The notes under the pieces: model-generated | Databases searched by the model: none | What the model was told of the DNA's origin: nothing | The model's input: only the letters and a program-made list of their open reading frames with translations | Part shown: piece after piece, positions 1-9,997 of the stretch | Position numbering within the stretch: position 1 is the stretch's first letter | Layout: each line of letters opens with the position of its first letter | Assembly (NCBI GenBank): GCA_039799785.1 | Contig: JBDLRZ010000061.1 | Coordinates: forward strand, 1 to 42,513 | DNA: 42,513 bases | Source: Bacillota bacterium | GTDB taxonomy: Bacteria; Bacillota_I; Bacilli_A; RFN20; CAG-826 | Direction of reading: 5' to 3' | Program-made: the position numbers and the translations under genes

Positions 1-497
1 TGCGGATAAGACTTCGTTAGTAAATCTTTTATGGTGATTTTTAAAGTCCACAAGTGGATTGGTTTGAGTTGTGGAATCAAGTCGGTTAGCATTTCAACAT
101 CTTTTTTCTCATATGCTTCGACAAATAGTTGAGTTGTTTCTTTGATCTGAATGTGAGGAGGTTTTTGAAATAGGATTCGAATTTGACTAATCCAATCCTC
201 AACCTCTTGATTGAGGTATGGTAGATTTTGGTAAGCCTCTAGAAGCATGCTATGTTCAGGAAACGTACGATGCGTCTTAAGGATTTCAAAGTGTATTTTT
301 AGAAAAACGGTTAACGCTTTTTGAATCATGGGCATTTTTAATAGCATGATTCTCAGTACCATTTGATTCGCACCCATGCCAAGCAATCCAATGATATGGT
401 AACGAATCATATTTAAATCTTTTAATGCAGCCGTTCGCTTCACTAACGTTTCATAATCTTGTAAATCGTATAACGTTTGTAAATTAACTTCTTCCAT
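1..497 (-). CDS. Hypothetical protein, partial (3' end runs off the window); not in the ORF track
   Basis: Hand translation from ATG at 497, with SD-like AGGTGA 3 nt upstream: MEEVNLQTLYDLQDYETLVKRTAALKDLNMIRYHIIGLLG...YQNLPYLNQEVEDWISQ... It stays open for 165 codons to the edge. The LPYLNQEVE segment faintly recalls Mollicutes DUF3196-type proteins (from memory, unverified). Confidence 0.8.
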   Translation of the reverse strand, partial: MEEVNLQTLYDLQDYETLVKRTAALKDLNMIRYHIIGLLGMGANQMVLRIMLLKMPMIQKALTVFLKIHFEILKTHRTFPEHSMLLEAYQNLPYLNQEVEDWISQIRILFQKPPHIQIKETTQLFVEAYEKKDVEMLTDLIPQLKPIHLWTLKITIKDLLTKSYP

Positions 498-505
498 ATT
501 CACCT

Positions 506-536
506 ATGAAAAGACCCTGAATCAAGGTCCTTTCAT
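506..536 (-). terminator. Hairpin immediately 3' of tRNA-Arg (terminator or processing hairpin)
   Basis: Minus strand ATGAAAGGACCTTG-ATT-CAGGGTCTTTTCAT forms a 14-bp stem with two G-U pairs; the U run is short. Confidence 0.6.
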
Positions 537-613
537 TGGCGTCCCCAAAACGATTCGAACGTTTGACCTACAGCTTAGAAGGCTGTTGCTCTATCCAGCT
601 GAGCTATGGGGAC
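537..613 (-). tRNA. tRNA-Arg(UCU)
   Basis: GTCCCCA/TGGGGAC acceptor stem, D arm GCTC-AGCTGGATA-GAGC, anticodon stem ACAGC/GCTGT with loop CT-TCT-AA, T arm AAACG-TTCGAAT-CGTTT, encoded CCA; 77 nt. Confidence 0.98.
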
Positions 614-622
614 AGCATTCAT

Positions 623-631
623 AATATAGCA
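623..631 (-). promoter_or_regulatory. Putative extended -10 promoter for tRNA-Arg
   Basis: TGcTATATT on the minus strand, 9 nt upstream of the mature tRNA 5' end. Confidence 0.5.
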
Positions 632-643
632 TAATTTTTATTC

Positions 644-2407
644 CTAAGTCGCCATTTTTGCAAGTTTTTCTTGGAGTAAAAGTGCGACTGCATTAGGTAA
701 GAATTGACAAAGTTCTTCAAGAGATGCTTGTTTTAATAGATCTAAACTTGGGTAGCGTTTTTGTAACAACGCAACCCTGGTGGGACCTAATCCTGGGATA
801 TCATCAAAAATTGATTTGGTGGCTTTTATTTTTCTTAACCGTTGATGAAACTGTAATGCAAAACGATGCACTTCATCCTGCAAACGAATTAAAAAGAAGA
901 ATAGATTCGGTTGTTTGGTAAAATCAAAAACTTCGCCATCCTTTGTAAGTAAACCTTTCGTTTGGTGTCTTTCATTTTTGAATAAACCAACGATTGGTAT
1001 CGTTAAACCAAGTTCCTGTAGCGAGGCTAATCCTGCATTGAGTTGCGTTTGACCACCATCAACCACTATCAATTGAGGTAACGGTGCTTTTTCTTCCATC
1101 AGTCTTTGATATCTTCGTTTGATTAGGTAAGCCATCGCACCTGGATCATCTTGTTTAAGAGTTTCAGGTAGATGGAATTGTCGATACATTTTTTTAACAG
1201 GTTCTCCATTAATAAAGGTCACCATAGCCCCAACTGGTTCACTTCCCTGTAAGTGAGAATTATCAAACATTTCGATGTGATAAGGTGTTGGAATACCGAT
1301 AGATTTTCCCAGGGTTTCAAGTAAGGTTAATTTATCATCATCTAATCGAGCAGTAAGGAAATGGTCATCTAAGGTTTGAATTGCGTTTTCTTGAACACTT
1401 TTCATTAATTCAAATAGTTTACCTTTTTCAGCAAAGACCAAACGTAGATCCATGGTTACCTCTAATTTTTCAAGTAATGCACGATGATTCAAGACCAGTT
1501 CTTGAGGATGAGGTTTCTTCAAATAATATTGGGCAATGAGATTCAGTAATTGCTCATCACGATCATCAAAGGCTTCCACAACATAACTTCCTTTGCCTAA
1601 TAAAACCCCTTGTCTAAAAACGAAGACGGCTAAGGAAAGATAACCTTCACGTTCCGCAAAGGCAAAAATGTCACGATCTAATTTGTCATCCATCTCAACT
1701 AATTGTTGAGATGTCACGTGCTGAATATCTTCAAGAATGACTTTATATTCTTGAGCTAATTCAAAATTTAAAGCATCTGAGGCTTCGATCATTTTTTGTT
1801 GATATTGCAAGACCTGTTTCTTCACATTTCCCTTTAAGAATTCACTAATTTCATCGGCGAGTGCATTATACGTTTCTTCAGGAATATCATTGATACAAGG
1901 AGCTAAACATTGCCCAATGTGATGGTATAGGCAAGCGACCTTTGGTAGCACATTACATTTTCTTAATGGAAAGATTTTATTTAATAAATTGATCATACGG
2001 TATGCCGATCGTGAGTTAGGATATGGACCAAAATGCCAATAATGTTTATCGGTATTTTGTCGCATGATTTTTAAGTAGGGATCACTCCCTTTTCTTAAAG
2101 AAATATAAGGATAATGGGATCCTTCTTTGAGCATAATGTTATAGCGAGGATAGTGCTCATGGATGAGATTCATTTCTAAAATTAATGCTTCTTTTTCTGT
2201 TTGGGTGATGATGGTTTCAAAATCCGTGATGTGCATGACCATCGCTTGCACTTTTCCAGCTTGAGGACGTAAAAAATATTGGCTTACGCGTTTACTAAGA
2301 TCTTTCGCTTTGCCAACATAAATAATCTTTCCCTCAGCATTTTTCATTAAATAGATGCCAGGCTTATCAGGAAGATTTTTGATTTTGATTTCAATGATTG
2401 AGTTCAT
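644..2407 (-). CDS. uvrC: Excinuclease ABC subunit C
   Basis: GIY-YIG N-terminus (PGIYLMK..IIYVGKAK), Cys cluster (C..CLYHHIGQCLAPC), UVR motif, RNase H-like FDNSH / VDGG / RLQDEVHRFA, HhH IPGLGP. Confidence 0.98.
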   Translation of the reverse strand: MNSIIEIKIKNLPDKPGIYLMKNAEGKIIYVGKAKDLSKRVSQYFLRPQAGKVQAMVMHITDFETIITQTEKEALILEMNLIHEHYPRYNIMLKEGSHYPYISLRKGSDPYLKIMRQNTDKHYWHFGPYPNSRSAYRMINLLNKIFPLRKCNVLPKVACLYHHIGQCLAPCINDIPEETYNALADEISEFLKGNVKKQVLQYQQKMIEASDALNFELAQEYKVILEDIQHVTSQQLVEMDDKLDRDIFAFAEREGYLSLAVFVFRQGVLLGKGSYVVEAFDDRDEQLLNLIAQYYLKKPHPQELVLNHRALLEKLEVTMDLRLVFAEKGKLFELMKSVQENAIQTLDDHFLTARLDDDKLTLLETLGKSIGIPTPYHIEMFDNSHLQGSEPVGAMVTFINGEPVKKMYRQFHLPETLKQDDPGAMAYLIKRRYQRLMEEKAPLPQLIVVDGGQTQLNAGLASLQELGLTIPIVGLFKNERHQTKGLLTKDGEVFDFTKQPNLFFFLIRLQDEVHRFALQFHQRLRKIKATKSIFDDIPGLGPTRVALLQKRYPSLDLLKQASLEELCQFLPNAVALLLQEKLAKMAT

Positions 2408-4704
2408 TTTAAATGGATGATGGTAACCCCATACCCTGCTTGTTCTCCTTCACCTTGTTGAACGCGTTTAACAGTAGGTAACTTTTGAAAATATTCAAAG
2501 ACCATTTTCCGTAATGTTCCCGAACCAAAGCCATGAATAATTTTTAAAGTTTTTGAATTGGAAAGCAACGTTGCATCATAATATTTTTCAACCGCAATTT
2601 TGGCTTCCTCATAACGCATGCCAATAATATTCAAACTACTTGGTACTTTTCCACTCGCAAAACTTCGAGTGGGTTGTAATGGATTTGACTTTGATGGGGA
2701 TTCCGTTTTACTTAATTGACGAGCTTTTACTTTGAGGGTGAGTCCGTCTCTTGTAATCACCACAACTTGTTGACCGTTAATCGATTCAATCTTTCCTATC
2801 ATGCCAGTTGAAGCTTCTAATACATAATCACCTGGTATGAAAGTATCTTCTGAGTCCGCATGCAAATCTTGTTCATAAGTGGTTTTTGTAAGGGATTGTT
2901 TTAATGCAATCGCTTCGTGAAGTTTAAGTTGTGGATTTGCCAACGCCTTAATCGTCTGCTCAACTTGAATGATGGTTTCTTCAAGTAACGCTTCTTGTTT
3001 TGCTTTGGTATTATCTTGGAATTGTTGTTCTAGTTTTTGAAATTCTTTTTGTTGAATTGCAACTTTTTTTTGTTGTTCAAGTAAGCTTTCTTTTTCTGAA
3101 ATTAAACTCGCTTTTAATTTTTCTACCTCTAATAATTCTTCTTGGAGTTTAATGAGGGTTTTTTGTTCTTGGGTTGCTTGTTGATCGGCTAAATACTTTT
3201 CAGCATGGGCGACCACTTGAGGTGCTAGACCATATCGTTTAGCCATGATAAGTCCATAACTTTTACCGGGAAGACCTAGGATAAATCGATACGTGGGAAT
3301 GAGTTTATCTTCATCGAATTGAAGCGAGGCATTGACCATCCTTGGTTCTTGAAGGGCTAAACTTTTTAAGCCAGGAAAGTGAGAAGACACAATCACAAAG
3401 GCGCGTTTAGCTTGTAGGTGAATTAGCAAGGATCGAGCTAGGGATTCGCCTTCTTTAGGATCGGTTCCTGTTCCTAATTCATCAATCAGCACCAAGTCAT
3501 TCGGTTTAACTTGGTCGGTTAAGGGAACCAATTGCTGAATATGACCAGCAAAGGTTGAAAGGTTTTCTAAAACGCTTTGTTGATCACCAATATCCGCATA
3601 AATGTGTTTGAAATAAGATAAATTTGCTGGTTGTCTTGTTGGTAAAGGGATCGCTAATTGATGAAGATAAACAAATAATCCAACCGTTTTCATCGCTACG
3701 GTTTTTCCACCTGCATTCGGTCCAGAAATAATCACAATCGATTGCTTTTCTGTTAACAAAAAATCATTGGAAACAACTTTTTGTGGATCAATTAATGGAT
3801 GTCTTGCACCCAACAATTCAATGCGTGGCGTGATTGAAAGTTTTCCAATGTAACCTTGGGTTTCATTCCCGAACATTGCTTTCGCTTGAATGACATCCAA
3901 ATTGGCAATCTGTAAGTTGTTTTTTCTCAAGATGTCTGTGTCGGGTTTGATAATATCCGTTAACGATTTGAGAATGACAAAGATTTCTTCTTGTTCTTCA
4001 CCAAATAATAATTGCTTTTCAAACGACAAGTCGACCAATGGTTTGGGTTCGATAAAGGTTGTTAAACCTGTACTGGATACATCGTGAATCATGCCTGGGA
4101 CGCTACCTTTACTTGAGGTGGAAACCGGTAACACATAATGACCATTTTTCATCGTGAATAATGGTTCTGTTAAATGGGATTGGTATCGTGATAAAAGAGT
4201 TTGGATTAATGCAAGCATTTGCCCATCAATCGCGTGTAATCTTTTTCGAATTCTTAATAAGTTTTCAGAGGCTTGATCTTGAATGGTTCCTTGTGGCGTC
4301 AAAATCGTTTCAAGTCTCTGACGTAAAGGTTTACATAGGGCTAAAGATTTCCACAGGCTCGCTAATAATGGGAATTCGGGTTTGATGCTGCTGACAAAAT
4401 CTAATACACGTTGAATGGTGTGTAAATCGAGTTGAATGGCAATTAATGCTTCTAAGGTGATGACACTTCCTTTTTCGATTAATGAAAGACTGGTTTCTAG
4501 ATCGTGACTTGCGTGAATAGGTAAAAAACTAAACCGTGTCATCAGTCTCATCATCTCGTCAACTTGATTCCCTTTTAAGGTTAATTCAGATTCAGAAATA
4601 AAAGTTTGATCAAGGATCCACCGTTGACCAAGACTCGTTTTGGTGTACCCTTTGATGCGCTCAAGGATTAAGGGAATTTCAAGAATAGATACAAGCGATT
4701 TCAT
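2404..4704 (-). CDS. mutS2: MutS2 family protein (ATPase with KOW and Smr domains)
   Basis: GPNAGGKT Walker A, DIGDQQS..LSTFAGH, LIDELGTGTDP, coiled coil, KOW-like FIPGDYV, C-terminal Smr IIHGFGSGTLRK. Confidence 0.96.
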   Translation of the reverse strand: MKSLVSILEIPLILERIKGYTKTSLGQRWILDQTFISESELTLKGNQVDEMMRLMTRFSFLPIHASHDLETSLSLIEKGSVITLEALIAIQLDLHTIQRVLDFVSSIKPEFPLLASLWKSLALCKPLRQRLETILTPQGTIQDQASENLLRIRKRLHAIDGQMLALIQTLLSRYQSHLTEPLFTMKNGHYVLPVSTSSKGSVPGMIHDVSSTGLTTFIEPKPLVDLSFEKQLLFGEEQEEIFVILKSLTDIIKPDTDILRKNNLQIANLDVIQAKAMFGNETQGYIGKLSITPRIELLGARHPLIDPQKVVSNDFLLTEKQSIVIISGPNAGGKTVAMKTVGLFVYLHQLAIPLPTRQPANLSYFKHIYADIGDQQSVLENLSTFAGHIQQLVPLTDQVKPNDLVLIDELGTGTDPKEGESLARSLLIHLQAKRAFVIVSSHFPGLKSLALQEPRMVNASLQFDEDKLIPTYRFILGLPGKSYGLIMAKRYGLAPQVVAHAEKYLADQQATQEQKTLIKLQEELLEVEKLKASLISEKESLLEQQKKVAIQQKEFQKLEQQFQDNTKAKQEALLEETIIQVEQTIKALANPQLKLHEAIALKQSLTKTTYEQDLHADSEDTFIPGDYVLEASTGMIGKIESINGQQVVVITRDGLTLKVKARQLSKTESPSKSNPLQPTRSFASGKVPSSLNIIGMRYEEAKIAVEKYYDATLLSNSKTLKIIHGFGSGTLRKMVFEYFQKLPTVKRVQQGEGEQAGYGVTIIHLK

Positions 4705-4713
4705 CTAGAAATT

Positions 4714-4722
4714 ACTATATCA
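4714..4722 (-). promoter_or_regulatory. Putative extended -10 for mutS2-uvrC
   Basis: TGaTATAGT 9 nt before the ATG; no SD visible. Confidence 0.5.
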
Positions 4723-4749
4723 TCTCTTCGTTGGGGTCTCCTGCATAAA

Positions 4750-4758
4750 TGCTATAAT
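4750..4758 (+). promoter_or_regulatory. Extended -10 promoter for rnhC
   Basis: Consensus TGcTATAAT, 7 nt before an in-frame GTG at 4766. Confidence 0.7.
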
Positions 4759-4765
4759 ATTGTCA

Positions 4766-5662
4766 GTGAAAAAAGTAACGCCTCACACCAAAACCCTGTT
4801 GGTTACTGAAGCAGTATTCGAAAAAATCAAATCTTTGTATGCGGATCATCAACAATCTTCTCCGCATGCATCTATCGTTTTCTTTGCGAAATTAGATCAA
4901 TTTACGGTTTCAGTTTATACACCAAAATCAGAAAAATTTAAAGTCCTTTATCAAGGCTTTAATTTTGATGAAGATGCGGCTTTATGGTTAAAAAAAGAAA
5001 CGAAACATGCTCCCACCAAAAGCCATTACGGAAGTGATGAAGTTGGCACAGGAGATTTCTTTGGACCCGTTGTGGTCACGGCAAGTTTAGTTCAAGAAAA
5101 AGATGTCCAGTTTTTAGAAGAATTAGGCGTTAAAGATTCAAAATTAATTCCCGATGCAACCATTCTTAAAATGGCAGATCAAATGACCGGTCGTATTCCA
5201 CACGTCACAACCATTGTTAACCCACTCAAATACCAATCGATGGTGGCCAAAGGTTACAACTTAAATGAGATTAAAGCTAAACTTCATCATCATGCGATGT
5301 TGACCTTAAAGCAAAAAGTAAATCTTGAACTTCCAATGGTCATTGATCAATTTGCCAGTGAAGAAAAATTCCATAGCTATTTAAAAGGTCTACCGCCAAT
5401 CCCACACCTTGTACTCAAAGAAAAAGCTGAAAGTTTATTTCTCGCTGTTGCGGCAAGTAGTATCCTTGCCAGAGCTAAGTTTATTCGGGCAATGAATGAT
5501 ATGGGAAGAATTTTCACCGTTAAATTACCATTTGGTGCTTCTGATAAAGTTGAACAATTCGCGTTTGAATTTGCCCAGCATCACGGTTTAGAAACGTTAA
5601 AAGGTATTTGCAAAACAAACTTTAAAACGTTAAAACGTATTACAGATAAATTAGGTTCTTAA
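4766..5662 (+). CDS. rnhC: Ribonuclease HIII
   Basis: GSDEVGTGDFFGP, KDSKL, IDQF and VAASSILAR motifs plus an N-terminal extension. Start moved from the track's TTG 4760 to GTG 4766, because 4760 lies only 1 nt beyond the -10 box. Confidence 0.95.
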   Translation: MKKVTPHTKTLLVTEAVFEKIKSLYADHQQSSPHASIVFFAKLDQFTVSVYTPKSEKFKVLYQGFNFDEDAALWLKKETKHAPTKSHYGSDEVGTGDFFGPVVVTASLVQEKDVQFLEELGVKDSKLIPDATILKMADQMTGRIPHVTTIVNPLKYQSMVAKGYNLNEIKAKLHHHAMLTLKQKVNLELPMVIDQFASEEKFHSYLKGLPPIPHLVLKEKAESLFLAVAASSILARAKFIRAMNDMGRIFTVKLPFGASDKVEQFAFEFAQHHGLETLKGICKTNFKTLKRITDKLGS

Positions 5663-6544
5663 TTTCTTTAATATCGCTTCAAAGTAATCAGGTAAAGGTG
5701 ACGTAAAGGTCATCTTTTTTTTCGTTGTAGGATGGGTCAACGTTAATTGATAAGCGTGTAAAAGCTGACCACCTTGATGAAGGGGATGTTTTTGAGGCAT
5801 ATAGAGTGGATCACTTTCAATCGGTCGATGAATAAAATTCATGTGGACGCGAATTTGGTGGGTTCGTCCGGTGGCAAGATGACAGGCGATGAAGGTATGG
5901 TTTGCAAATCGTTCTATTACATCAAAACTAGTCTCGGCAGGTTTACCTTCGGCGATGACATCCATTGCCAAACGGTCATCTGGATCTCTACCAATCGGCG
6001 CAATGATTTTACCTTTGTTTTCCTTGATCAATCCTCGAACTAACGCATAATAATCTCGTTTCATCTCGTGATCTTTTAATTGCGCGGCAAGGAAGCGATG
6101 CGCTTGATCATGCTTAGCAACCACCATTAATCCTGAGGTATCTTTGTCTAAACGATGAACGATACCTGGACGAATTTCACCATTGATCCCACTTAAGTCT
6201 TTGAGGTGATAAAGCAACGCATTCACCAACGTTCCGGTCGGATGACCCGGTGCTGGATGAACGACCATACCTTGAGGTTTCATGATAATGGCAAGGTCTT
6301 GATCTTGATAAATAATTTCTAGAGGGGTATCTTCCGCTTTCATGGAAATCGCTTCAGTGGGAAAAGGCAATAACGTGATCTCATCATCCAATGAAAGACG
6401 ATGACTTGATTTGGACTTTGTTCCATTGATTAAGACATATCCATCATCGATGAGGGTTTGCCACCGGGCTCGAGAATGAGATGCATCTGTTTTGGCAAGC
6501 CATTGGTCTAAGCGCGTATTAACATCGGTTGTTTGAATCTTCAT
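5651..6544 (-). CDS. rluD: RluA/RluD family 23S rRNA pseudouridine synthase
   Basis: S4 domain (RLDQWLA..SR), KPQGMVVHP, catalytic HRLDKDTSG, TGRTHQIRVH; conserved position after lspA. Confidence 0.93.
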   Translation of the reverse strand: MKIQTTDVNTRLDQWLAKTDASHSRARWQTLIDDGYVLINGTKSKSSHRLSLDDEITLLPFPTEAISMKAEDTPLEIIYQDQDLAIIMKPQGMVVHPAPGHPTGTLVNALLYHLKDLSGINGEIRPGIVHRLDKDTSGLMVVAKHDQAHRFLAAQLKDHEMKRDYYALVRGLIKENKGKIIAPIGRDPDDRLAMDVIAEGKPAETSFDVIERFANHTFIACHLATGRTHQIRVHMNFIHRPIESDPLYMPQKHPLHQGGQLLHAYQLTLTHPTTKKKMTFTSPLPDYFEAILKKLRT

Positions 6545-7020
6545 TTGGTTGGCCTTTCAAAGAGACTCGCGGCAATCAAGATGATAACACCAATCGTTAA
6601 AGCACTATCGGCAAGATTAAAAGTTGGAAAGATATAGTCCCCAAAATGAAAGGAAAGAAAATCAATCACACCTTCTGGAAAAAAGGCACGATCAATAAAA
6701 TTACCCCAGGTGCCGGACAAAAACAAATTGATGGCGACATGATTCCAAAGTGAAAATGATCGAAAGTTTTTAAGGTAGTAATAGCCTAATGAAATCCCAA
6801 CCGTTAATGAAATGAGTGCCAACAACCATTGATTTCCGGATAAAATGGACCAAGCCGCTCCGGTATTTCTTGAATAGGCTAGATAAAAGAAACCATCAAT
6901 CACAGTCTGATTGACTTGGATGGAAGCCGCCCATTGTTTGGTCATAAAATCTAAAAGTAATGACCAAAATAGCAATTGAATATACCAACTTTTTGCGTAA
7001 GCTAAAAAGTTTTTTTTCAC
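6541..7020 (-). CDS. lspA: Lipoprotein signal peptidase II
   Basis: NTGAAWS, GNFIDR, VIDF and FNLAD motifs; hydrophobic segments; ileS-lspA-rluD order; GTG start overlaps the ileS stop. Confidence 0.97.
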   Translation of the reverse strand: MKKNFLAYAKSWYIQLLFWSLLLDFMTKQWAASIQVNQTVIDGFFYLAYSRNTGAAWSILSGNQWLLALISLTVGISLGYYYLKNFRSFSLWNHVAINLFLSGTWGNFIDRAFFPEGVIDFLSFHFGDYIFPTFNLADSALTIGVIILIAASLFERPTK

Positions 7021-9737
7021 GATGCTAAAACCTCAAGGCAACGGTCGCACACTTGATGTTCTTGATGAGCATGTAAAGCGGGAAAATAATTCCAACAACG
7101 TGGACATTTTAGTCCTCCAGCAGGTTGGGCCTCTGCTTTCAATCCATCGCCTTCAGAAACGGTTACTGAACTCGCGATAAATAAGCGATGACGTTCACGT
7201 GCGGGTAATGCTAGTAATGATTTTGCTAATTCAGATGGTGCAGTTAAAGTCAATTTAGCCTCTTGAGAACTACCAATTTGATTTTGACTACGAAGTCCCT
7301 CTAACGATTTATTGGCAACTTCTTTTAATTGGAGAAAACTTTGGTAGATGTGTAAGTCTTTTTCAACAACGTTCTGAACCTTTGGATAATCTAATAACTG
7401 TGCTGAAATCGTATCCTTAAATGAAAATAAGCGAAACACTTCTTCCATCGTAAATGGCATGATGGGTGTCCATAACTTCATTAATCTTAAGGTCACTTCG
7501 TATAAAACGTGTTGGACTTGAAGCCTTCTTTGGGATGTCTTTGCTTCACAATAGAGAATATCTTTGGTGATGTCCAAATAGAAAGAGGATAGATCTTGGG
7601 TCATGAACGTTAATAAAGTAGAACTTGCTTCTGAAAAATTGAATTGATCCATCGCAAGTTTGACCTGTGCTGTGACTTGATTAAGCTTAGACATCAGTAA
7701 TTGATCTATCCAACTTAAATTTGAAATCGGATATTGTTTTGGATTAAATAAACCTTCTCCATCGGATAAATTTCCTAACATAAACTTAAACGTATTACGA
7801 ATTTTACGGTATGCTTCCGCATTGCCTTTAAAAATATCTTCACTGGCGCGCGCGTCTGCAGTGTAATCGATGGAGGCGGCCCAAAGGCGCATAATATCAG
7901 CACCATATACTTGCATCATTTTCAAAGGATCAACGCCATTACCCTTTGATTTGGACATTTTTTCTCCCTTGCCATCGACGACAAATCCATGAGAGACAAT
8001 GTTTTGATAAGGAGAGATACCTTCTGTGGCAACGGCAATAATCAAGGAAGAATTAAACCATCCTCGATATTGATCACTACCTTCTAAATAAAGATCAGCA
8101 GGAAATTTCATCCCTCTGGTTTTTAAAACTGCTAATGAACTTGATCCTGAATCAAACCAAACATCCATAATGTCTGTTTCTTTTTTATAGGCTTGATTGG
8201 GTGAAGAAGCATGACGATATCCAGGCGGTAATAAATCTTTGGCATCGGTACTAAACCAATAGGAACTACCGTGTTTTTCAATGAGTTTTTGAATATGCTG
8301 AAAAACTTTTTCTTCCATAATCGGTGTGCCATCTTCATGATAAATAATCGGAATTGGAACACCCCAAGTACGTTGACGTGAAATACACCAGTCACCACGT
8401 TCCTTAATCATGTTATGAATTCTCACTTGACCCCAGGTTGGTGTCCATTTGACTCGGGCGATTTCCTTTAATAACGTTTCACGAATCGGTTCAATCGAGG
8501 CAAACCATTGTGGTGTCGCTCGATAAATTAAAGGTTTACCCGTTCGCCAATCATGAGGATATGGGTGATGATAAGGATGAACGGCTAGTAAAGCATTCGC
8601 ATGGGTTAACTTTTCGATGACCTTTCCATTGGCATCGGCATAAAATAATCCTTTTAAATCTTCGCCTGCTTCTTCGGTCATAAAACCACGACCGTCGACT
8701 GGGCAAAGAGGTGGTAATTTATATTTTGTACCGACGATAAAGTCTTCTTCACCATGCCCTGGTGCAGTATGAACAAATCCAGTCCCTGTATCATTGGTGA
8801 CATGTTCACCTAGAATAATCGGAGAGGTTCTTGCAAAAAAAGGATGAAGCGTTTCAATGCCTTCTAACGTTTTACCCTTGATGGTTTTGATTAATTGACA
8901 TTGGGTTAAACCAAGTTGAGAAACGACGGTTGATTCTAAGGATGTTGCAAAAACGAGTAAACCTTTATTGGTTTGATATAAACCATAATCAAATTGAGGG
9001 TGAGCGGCGATGGCAAGATTGGCAGGGATCGTCCAAGGTGTTGTCGTCCAGATCACCACTTGTGAATCGATTGGTAAATGGCCTTTACCATCTTTCACTT
9101 TAAATCCAACATGAATAGCTTGATCGGTAACATCTTCATACACAATTTCAGCTTCTGCAAGGGCGGATTCACTACTGGGTGACCAATAGACAGGTTTCAG
9201 TCCTTTATAAATGAGACCCTTGAGTGCCATCTTGGCGAACACACCAATTTGTGCGGCTTCAAATTGAGGATCTAACGTCAAGTAAGGATGATCAAAATCA
9301 CCAACCACACCTAAGCGTCGGATTTGATTCTTTTGTTTTTCAACTTGTTCTTTTGCAAACGTCTCACACAATGCACGAAACTCGGTAACGGTCATCGTTT
9401 TACGATTGACACCTTTTTTGGTGATGTAATTTTCAATGGGTAAACCATGGGTATCCCAACCAAAGACAAAGGGTGTGTCATGACCTTGCATGTGTTGATA
9501 CCGAACCACGATATCTTTTAAGATGCGGTTCAGCATATGGCCCACGTGCATATCACCATTGGCATAAGGAGGACCATCATGCAATTGGTATTCAGGTTTA
9601 CCTTTATTTTTTTCTCGCATTTTTTCATATAACTTTTGTTCTTGCCAAAAGGTAATGAATTGCGGTTCTTTCACCGGTAAGTTTGCCTTCATTTCGAAGG
9701 TTGTTTTGGGCATGAGTAGGGTTTCTTTTAATTCCAT
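7017..9737 (-). CDS. ileS: Isoleucine--tRNA ligase (type 1)
   Basis: PPYANGDMHVGH (HIGH), WTTTPWT, GTGFVHTAPGHG, WCISRQR, KMSKS, C-terminal CPRCW..CDRC zinc site; SD AAGGAG. Confidence 0.99.
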   Translation of the reverse strand: MELKETLLMPKTTFEMKANLPVKEPQFITFWQEQKLYEKMREKNKGKPEYQLHDGPPYANGDMHVGHMLNRILKDIVVRYQHMQGHDTPFVFGWDTHGLPIENYITKKGVNRKTMTVTEFRALCETFAKEQVEKQKNQIRRLGVVGDFDHPYLTLDPQFEAAQIGVFAKMALKGLIYKGLKPVYWSPSSESALAEAEIVYEDVTDQAIHVGFKVKDGKGHLPIDSQVVIWTTTPWTIPANLAIAAHPQFDYGLYQTNKGLLVFATSLESTVVSQLGLTQCQLIKTIKGKTLEGIETLHPFFARTSPIILGEHVTNDTGTGFVHTAPGHGEEDFIVGTKYKLPPLCPVDGRGFMTEEAGEDLKGLFYADANGKVIEKLTHANALLAVHPYHHPYPHDWRTGKPLIYRATPQWFASIEPIRETLLKEIARVKWTPTWGQVRIHNMIKERGDWCISRQRTWGVPIPIIYHEDGTPIMEEKVFQHIQKLIEKHGSSYWFSTDAKDLLPPGYRHASSPNQAYKKETDIMDVWFDSGSSSLAVLKTRGMKFPADLYLEGSDQYRGWFNSSLIIAVATEGISPYQNIVSHGFVVDGKGEKMSKSKGNGVDPLKMMQVYGADIMRLWAASIDYTADARASEDIFKGNAEAYRKIRNTFKFMLGNLSDGEGLFNPKQYPISNLSWIDQLLMSKLNQVTAQVKLAMDQFNFSEASSTLLTFMTQDLSSFYLDITKDILYCEAKTSQRRLQVQHVLYEVTLRLMKLWTPIMPFTMEEVFRLFSFKDTISAQLLDYPKVQNVVEKDLHIYQSFLQLKEVANKSLEGLRSQNQIGSSQEAKLTLTAPSELAKSLLALPARERHRLFIASSVTVSEGDGLKAEAQPAGGLKCPRCWNYFPALHAHQEHQVCDRCLEVLAS

Positions 9738-9748
9738 ACGTTCTCCTT

Positions 9749-9963
9749 AAAAAATAAAACGTCCTTGTGACAAGGACGTGGGATTGACGTGGTACCACCT
9801 TGCTTCGTTGTTAACAACGCGCTCATTTGGCCTCGATAACGGGAGGATCCGGTGTTCTTACTTGATTTCAGTTCACCCTCAGAAGGGATATGGATGGGGG
9901 TTCTTCGTTTGCACCGACCACGAAGTCTCTAGTGAAGCATCCATGTGGCTTCTTCAACGGATT
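9749..9963 (-). promoter_or_regulatory. T-box riboswitch (Ile) upstream of ileS
   Basis: T-box AAGGTGGTACCACG (9788-9801); terminator CGTCCTTG-TCA-CAAGGACG plus T-tract; Stem I with AGAGA and GGTG motifs; candidate AUC specifier at 9887-9889; TATAAT at 9970-9975. Confidence 0.95.
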
Positions 9964-9997
9964 GATTAAATTATACGCTAAACAAGGCGAAAAGGCG

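Noticed and set aside
5651-5662. Convergent 12-nt overlap of rnhC and rluD ends
   Set aside because: Ordinary compaction; both genes appear complete.
9778-9969. 63-aa + strand ORF
   Set aside because: Antisense to the ileS T-box leader, which fully explains the sequence.
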